Shown here piece after piece: positions 58,612-64,000 of a DNA stretch of 64,000 bases (position 1 is its first letter; every line of letters starts with the position of its first letter). A program made the position numbers and the translations under genes. The notes under the pieces were generated by a model that was given only the letters and a program-made list of their open reading frames with translations, ran no database searches and was not told the origin of the DNA. The stretch spans positions 1-64,000 of the forward strand of contig JAYOTF010000013.1 of the NCBI GenBank assembly GCA_038150265.1. Direction: 5' to 3'. Source of the DNA: Deltaproteobacteria bacterium. GTDB lineage: Bacteria > SAR324 > NAC60-12.

Positions 58612-59661
58612 ATGAAGGAAATTGAAATCAACGGAATCAAAGAAACCATTATTGAGCGCTCGGATTACCCGATCGAGCAGTGCAAGGAGATCCTCTCCAA
58701 TCAGACGACCACCATCCTCGGTTACGGGCCTCAGGGGCGTGGTCAGGGGCTGAACATGCGGGACCAGGGCTTCAATGTCATTTTGGGGCTCCGCAAGGGG
58801 GGCAGCTGGGAAAAAGCGAAGGCCGACGGCTGGGTGGAAGGCGAGACGCTGTTTGAGATTGAGGAAGCCGTTCAGCGGGCGGACATTGTGCAGTTCCTGC
58901 TTTCAGATGCCGGACAGATTCAGATGTGGCCGACGGTCAAGGAAAACCTCAAGGACGGCGCGGCGCTCTACTTCTCCCATGGCTTCGGGGTCGTCTTCCA
59001 TGAAGACACCAAGATCATTCCTCCGGACAACATCGACGTCATCCTTGTGGCCCCGAAGGGCTCGGGCCTGACCGTCCGGACGCACTTCCTGGCTGGCCGT
59101 GGCATCAACTCCTCCTTTGCGATCCACCAGGATGCAACCGGCACCGCCCGCGAGCGCTGCATCGCGACCGCCTTTGCCATTGGGTCCGGACACCTGTTTG
59201 AAACGACCTTTGAGAAAGAAGTCACCAGCGACCTCACCGGAGAGCGCTGTGTGCTGATGGGCATGCTGCAGGGCGCGTTCCTGGCCCAGTACGAGGTGCT
59301 CCGTGAGCATGGGCACTCCCCCTCCGAAGCGTACAACGAAACCATTGAGGAGGCCCTGCAGAGCCTCTATCCGCTTGTGGCCGAGAAGGGCATGGACTGG
59401 ATGTATGCCAACTGCTCCACCACCGCCCAGCGCGGAGCCCTGGACTGGGCGCCACGCTTCTACAAGGCGATCAAGCCGGTTGTGGAAGAGTGCTACCAGA
59501 GCGTCCTCAGCGGCAACGAAGCCCGGATCTCCATTGAGTCCAACTCCCGTCCGGACTACCGGGTGCAGCTGGAGAAGGAGCTGGCCGAGATCGACTCGCA
59601 GGAGATGTGGCAGGCTGGAAAGCTGCTGCGTCCGCTGCGTCCGGAAAACGCGGAGCTGTAA
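58612..59661 (+). CDS. ilvC: Ketol-acid reductoisomerase
   Basis: GYGPQG, FSHGF, VAPKGSG, SDLTGER, AYNETIEE, CSTTAQRG. Confidence 0.96.
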   Translation: MKEIEINGIKETIIERSDYPIEQCKEILSNQTTTILGYGPQGRGQGLNMRDQGFNVILGLRKGGSWEKAKADGWVEGETLFEIEEAVQRADIVQFLLSDAGQIQMWPTVKENLKDGAALYFSHGFGVVFHEDTKIIPPDNIDVILVAPKGSGLTVRTHFLAGRGINSSFAIHQDATGTARERCIATAFAIGSGHLFETTFEKEVTSDLTGERCVLMGMLQGAFLAQYEVLREHGHSPSEAYNETIEEALQSLYPLVAEKGMDWMYANCSTTAQRGALDWAPRFYKAIKPVVEECYQSVLSGNEARISIESNSRPDYRVQLEKELAEIDSQEMWQAGKLLRPLRPENAEL

Positions 59662-59676
59662 GCCTTCCTTCCGTTT

Positions 59677-59699
59677 GGCGGCAGGCTCGGCTTGCCGCC
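59677..59699 (+). terminator. Stem-loop after ilvC
   Basis: ggcggcaggc-tcg-gcttgccgcc. Confidence 0.45.
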
Positions 59700-59736
59700 T
59701 CACTCACCCTCTTCCCTCCTGTCTGTTGCATCCGAA

Positions 59737-60198
59737 ATGAAGTACTGGTTGATGAAGTCGGAGCCCAACGTCTTTTCCCTCCAGGACCTCCAGCAGTGTC
59801 CGAATCAGACGGAACCGTGGGACGGCATCCGGAACTACCAGGCCCGGAACTTCATGCGGGACGAGATGCGCATCGGCGACCGGGTGCTCTTCTACCACAG
59901 CAACATCAACCCCAGCATCGTCGGAACCGCTCGCATTGCCAGCGAACCCTACCCTGACCCCACGGCGTGGGATCCGGACAGCAAGTACTTTGACCCCAAG
60001 AGTTCCCCTGAGAACCCGCGCTGGATTTTGGTGGACGTCGCGTTTGAGTCCGAATTTCCTCGACCTCTGCCGCTTGCCGAGTTGCGTGAAACGCCGGGGC
60101 TCGAAGACATGCTCCTGCTCCGCAAGGGCCAACGCCTCTCGATTCAGCCCGTCACCGAAGCCGAGTTTGAGGTGGTCCTCAAGCTGGCGTCGTCGTAA
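59737..60198 (+). CDS. EVE domain protein (Thy1-like)
   Basis: MKYWLMKSEP, WDGIRNYQARNFMR, FYHSN, RLSIQPV. Confidence 0.94.
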   Translation: MKYWLMKSEPNVFSLQDLQQCPNQTEPWDGIRNYQARNFMRDEMRIGDRVLFYHSNINPSIVGTARIASEPYPDPTAWDPDSKYFDPKSSPENPRWILVDVAFESEFPRPLPLAELRETPGLEDMLLLRKGQRLSIQPVTEAEFEVVLKLASS

Positions 60199-60453
60199 GC
60201 CTCCTCTTCTGCTGGCTCCGTCATCATTGTGAGCCACCTGCGGGTGAACCCGCTCGCGCCCCGAACGCCTCCCCTTCCCCCTTCCCCTTGCCGCCTCTGA
60301 GGAGATCCTCGGGGCGAAGAGGCTTTTTTGGCCTCGATTCGGACGAAAAACGCAACAATTCCTTCTCAAGGCCTCGTTTTTCGTTATCATGTGGAACCAG
60401 ATTACATTTCTTTGGGTTTATTTCTGTTGGATCTCATGTAAAGGAGGGGGGAC

Positions 60454-62244
60454 ATGGAGCAGCAAGTAGAGGTGAAGCACCGCAACTTGGTTGAGATGTT
60501 GGAGGAAGCGGTTCAGAAGTACCAGGACCGCCCACTGTACGGAACCAAGCGCAATGGGGTGTATGAGTGGACAACGTACCAGGAGTTCGCCCACCTGGTT
60601 GATCAGTTCCGGGGAGGCCTGGCTGCCTTGGGGGTGAAGCCCGGAGACCGGGTGGCCGTCATCAGCCGCAACACGCTCCAGTGGGCCGTGGGCGCCTATG
60701 CGGCGTATGGCCTGAAGGCGCAGTATGTGCCGATGTATGAGACCCAGCTGACCAAGGAGTGGGAGTACATTACCCGCGACTGCGGCGCCACGGTGCTGCT
60801 GGCCTCCAGCCGGAGCGTCTACGACCAGGTGGCCGACTTTCCGGAGCGGCTTCCGGAACTTCAGCACGTTGTGCTCCTGGATGAACCTGCGGCAGAGCAC
60901 ACGTGGGAGTCTCTGCTGGAAGTCGGACGTCAGCAACCGGTGCCAGCGCAGTATCCGGATTTTGAAGAGCCGATGGGGATGATCTACACCTCGGGCACCA
61001 CCGGAAATCCCAAAGGCGTGGTGCTGAGTCACCGGAACATGCTCTTTGAGATTGCCTCCGGACTGATTGTGCTCCGGCTGGGTTGGGAACCGGGGCCCAT
61101 GAAGAGCCTGTGCTTCCTCCCGTGGGCGCACGTGTTCGGGCAGGTGGTTGAGGTCCACGCCCTCATTCAGGAAGGCGGGTGTGCCGCGTTGGTGGAAGAC
61201 GTCAACACGCTGGTGGATGAGCTGGGTGTGGTGCAGCCGACGGTGTTCTTTGCGGTGCCTCGGGTGTACAACCGGATTTATGATCGCCTGCTGGGGCAGA
61301 TGCGGGAGAAGCCGGCGCCGATTCGGGCGCTGTTTCATGCCGGACTCGCCCGGGCCAAGCGAGAGCGCGAAGGGGAACCCCTCAGCGGACTCGACCGCCT
61401 CTTGTTGGGGATGGCCCGCAAGATCATCTTCAGCAAGGTCCAGAAGCGCTTTGGCGGCCAGCTGAAAATGGCCGTCAGTGGCGCCAGCGCGCTCAGTCCG
61501 GAAGTTGCGGAGTTCGTCAACGACCTCGGCATTGACGTTTACGAAGGGTATGGCCTCAGTGAAAACACGGCCGCGCTCGCCGTGAACTACAAGGGCACCC
61601 GGAAGTTTGGCACCGTCGGGAAGCCGCTCCCTGGCGTCCGGATCGAGATCGACCCCAGCGTGGAAGGCTCAGTGGAAGGTGACGGTGAGATCATCGCCTA
61701 TGGCGACAACATCATGGTGGGGTACCACAACCTTCCGGACCGGACCACTGAGGTGCTGCAGCCCGATGGCGGACTCCGGACCGGGGACCTGGGGCACTTT
61801 GATGAAGACGGCTTCCTGCGCATCACCGGACGCGTCAAGGAGCAGTTCAAGCTCGAGAATGGACGGTACGTTGCCCCGGCGCCACTCGAGGAGTCCCTGA
61901 AGCTCAGCCCCTTCATCAACCAGGCGATGATCTGTGGGCTGGGGCGTCCCTACACGGTGGTGCTGCTGGTGGTGGAGATGGGCTACGTCCGGAGCTATGC
62001 CGAGCGGCATCAGCAGTCCGGCACCGACGAGGAGCTGCTGGCGAGCGAGCTGCTGGCCAACCGCCTGAAGCGAGACATTGAACGCTATGGGGCGGACTTC
62101 AAGAATTATGAGGTGCCCAAGCGTTTCAAGCTGCTGACCGAGGAGTGGACCATTGAAAATGGCATGATCACCCCAACGTTGAAGCTGAAGCGAAACGTCG
62201 TGGAGGAGCGCTTTCAGGCCGAGATTGAGGCGCTCTATCAGTAG
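60454..62244 (+). CDS. Long-chain fatty acid-CoA ligase (FAA1/FadD15-like)
   Basis: YTSGTTGNPKG, EGYGLSE, RTGDLG, TPTLKLKR; AGGAGG RBS. Confidence 0.92.
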   Translation: MEQQVEVKHRNLVEMLEEAVQKYQDRPLYGTKRNGVYEWTTYQEFAHLVDQFRGGLAALGVKPGDRVAVISRNTLQWAVGAYAAYGLKAQYVPMYETQLTKEWEYITRDCGATVLLASSRSVYDQVADFPERLPELQHVVLLDEPAAEHTWESLLEVGRQQPVPAQYPDFEEPMGMIYTSGTTGNPKGVVLSHRNMLFEIASGLIVLRLGWEPGPMKSLCFLPWAHVFGQVVEVHALIQEGGCAALVEDVNTLVDELGVVQPTVFFAVPRVYNRIYDRLLGQMREKPAPIRALFHAGLARAKREREGEPLSGLDRLLLGMARKIIFSKVQKRFGGQLKMAVSGASALSPEVAEFVNDLGIDVYEGYGLSENTAALAVNYKGTRKFGTVGKPLPGVRIEIDPSVEGSVEGDGEIIAYGDNIMVGYHNLPDRTTEVLQPDGGLRTGDLGHFDEDGFLRITGRVKEQFKLENGRYVAPAPLEESLKLSPFINQAMICGLGRPYTVVLLVVEMGYVRSYAERHQQSGTDEELLASELLANRLKRDIERYGADFKNYEVPKRFKLLTEEWTIENGMITPTLKLKRNVVEERFQAEIEALYQ

Positions 62245-62256
62245 CCGTCAGGCGGA

Positions 62257-64000
62257 TCAGGCGGCCTGAGCCGGGTTGGCCGTGGCGCCTTCGTCATCAG
62301 GAGCCAGGAAGCCTCCGGATTGCCGTTTCCACAGGTCAGCATAGATGGTGGAGTTCTGAACCAGCTCGGTGTGGGTTCCGGACTCCACGACCACGCCCTG
62401 GTCAATGACAATCAGGCGGTCGAGCTGGGCAATGGTGGAGAGGCGGTGGGCGATGGCGATGACGGTTTTCCCTTCCATGAGCCGGAGCAGGTTTTCCTGA
62501 ATGGCCGCCTCGACCTCTGAGTCGAGCGCGGAAGTGGCTTCATCAAGCACCAGCAGCGGGGCATTCTTGAGAAAGACCCGGGCAATGGCAATGCGTTGCC
62601 GCTGGCCTCCGGAAAGCTTCACGCCCCGCTCTCCCACATGGGCATCGAGCCCCACCCGCCCCTGTGCATCTTCCAACCCCTGAATGAAGTCCCAGGCATT
62701 GGCCTGCCGGGCGGCAGACACAATGGCCTCGTCTGTTGCCTCCGGAGCCGAGTAGGCGATGTTGTCCCGGATGGAGCGGTGCAGCAGCGAGGTGTCTTGG
62801 GTGACGACGCCAATGTACGACCGGAGTTGGTCTTGTGGAACGGAAGCAATGTTCTGGCCGTCAATGCGAATCTCTCCAGACTGGAGGTCGTAGAAGCGCA
62901 GGAGGAGGTTCATCAGGGTGGTCTTTCCGGCGCCGGAGCGTCCGACCAGCCCGACCTTTTCTCCCGGACGGATGTGCAGGTTCAGGTTGCTGATGACGCC
63001 GCTGCTTTTGCCGTAGTGGAAGCTGACCCCTTCAAAGGCGATCCCGCCTTCCTGCACCTGGAGGGGCTTGGGCTGGGGGGCATCGACCACGGTGTGGGGC
63101 TTGGTCAGCATGGCCATGCCGTCGTGGACGACTCCGATGTTTTCAAAGAGGGCGGAGACCTCCCACATGATCCACTGGGACATGCCGTTGATGCGCAGAC
63201 ACAGGCCAATGGCGATGGCAATGGCTCCCACGGAAACCACCGCGTTGAGCCACAGCCAGATCGAGATGGCGGCCACGCCAAACACCACCATGGCATTGTT
63301 GAGGTAGACGCTGACCTGAAACAGCGTCACCAGCCGCATCTGCCCATGAACGGTGCCCAGGAAGCCCTCCATGCCTTCTCGGGCGTAGGCGGCTTCGCGT
63401 CCGGCATGAGAGAAGAGCTTGACGGTCGCAATGTTCGTGTAGCTGTCCACCACGCGTCCGGTCATCAGCGAACGGGCGTCGGCCTGGTTCCGGGAGACCT
63501 CCTTGAGGCGTGGGACAAAGTAGCGGATGAGGGAGACGTAAACGAAGAGCCAGAGCAGCAGGGGCAGCATCAGCTTCCAGTCTGCCGAGGCCACCAGCAC
63601 CAGCATGGAAAGGAAGTAGACCCCGACGTACACAAAGACGTCCAGCAGCTTCATCACACACTCCCGGATCGAAAGCGAGGTCTGCATGACCTTGGTGGCA
63701 ACGCGTCCGGCAAACTCGCTGGCAAAGAAGGCCATGCTCTGCCGGAGCAGCGACTGGTGCATCTGCCAGCGGGCAATCATGGGCACGTTTCCCAGCAGCG
63801 TCTGGTGGATGAGCAGGGACTGCAGGGCAACGATCAGCGGCAGCCCGACCAGCAGGACGGTGCCCATCCAGAGCAGGGTCCCTTGCTCCCGAGCGAGGAA
63901 GCCTTCCCGGTCGGCCGAGGACAGCCAGTCCACAATGTTTCCCAGAAATCCGAACAGGTACACCTCGCCTGCAGCAATGAGGGCGGTGATGATCGACATC
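62257..64000 (-). CDS. ABC exporter (fused permease/ATPase), 5' end off window
   Basis: GRSGAGKTT, LSGGQRQR, LDEATSALDSE, AHRLST; N-terminal TM domain. Confidence 0.93.
   Translation of the reverse strand, partial: MSIITALIAAGEVYLFGFLGNIVDWLSSADREGFLAREQGTLLWMGTVLLVGLPLIVALQSLLIHQTLLGNVPMIARWQMHQSLLRQSMAFFASEFAGRVATKVMQTSLSIRECVMKLLDVFVYVGVYFLSMLVLVASADWKLMLPLLLWLFVYVSLIRYFVPRLKEVSRNQADARSLMTGRVVDSYTNIATVKLFSHAGREAAYAREGMEGFLGTVHGQMRLVTLFQVSVYLNNAMVVFGVAAISIWLWLNAVVSVGAIAIAIGLCLRINGMSQWIMWEVSALFENIGVVHDGMAMLTKPHTVVDAPQPKPLQVQEGGIAFEGVSFHYGKSSGVISNLNLHIRPGEKVGLVGRSGAGKTTLMNLLLRFYDLQSGEIRIDGQNIASVPQDQLRSYIGVVTQDTSLLHRSIRDNIAYSAPEATDEAIVSAARQANAWDFIQGLEDAQGRVGLDAHVGERGVKLSGGQRQRIAIARVFLKNAPLLVLDEATSALDSEVEAAIQENLLRLMEGKTVIAIAHRLSTIAQLDRLIVIDQGVVVESGTHTELVQNSTIYADLWKRQSGGFLAPDDEGATANPAQAA

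Overview
GC-rich (~60%) bacterial chromosomal window; protein styles suggest a deltaproteobacterial lineage such as SAR324 (inference only). 1-18.7 kb is a flagellar filament region: two short flagellins, each preceded by a paralogous ~115-aa orphan ORF, a conserved structured leader and a ~1.4-kb hairpin-rich spacer. After five metabolic/repair genes follow a long flagellin, a giant 1074-aa fliD and two fliS, driven by tandem sigma28 promoters. Next come mutY, a SutA-like protein, an orphan PAS kinase, a solitary CI-like repressor with a divergent small ORF, mscS, livGFHM, an alternative complex III operon (actABCDEF), sohB-lipoprotein-tpm-kdsB-uppS-cdsA-dxr-rseP, cobO, a TonB-C/ExbB/ExbD/murJ operon with unknown proteins, an unannotated 37-aa membrane peptide, ilvC, an EVE protein, an acyl-CoA ligase and a partial ABC exporter. 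No rRNA, tRNA, CRISPR or transposase was seen. Most notable: (i) the duplicated 'structured leader + orphan ORF + GGA-hairpin leader + flagellin' module and (ii) strong window-wide over-representation of the palindrome TCCGGA.
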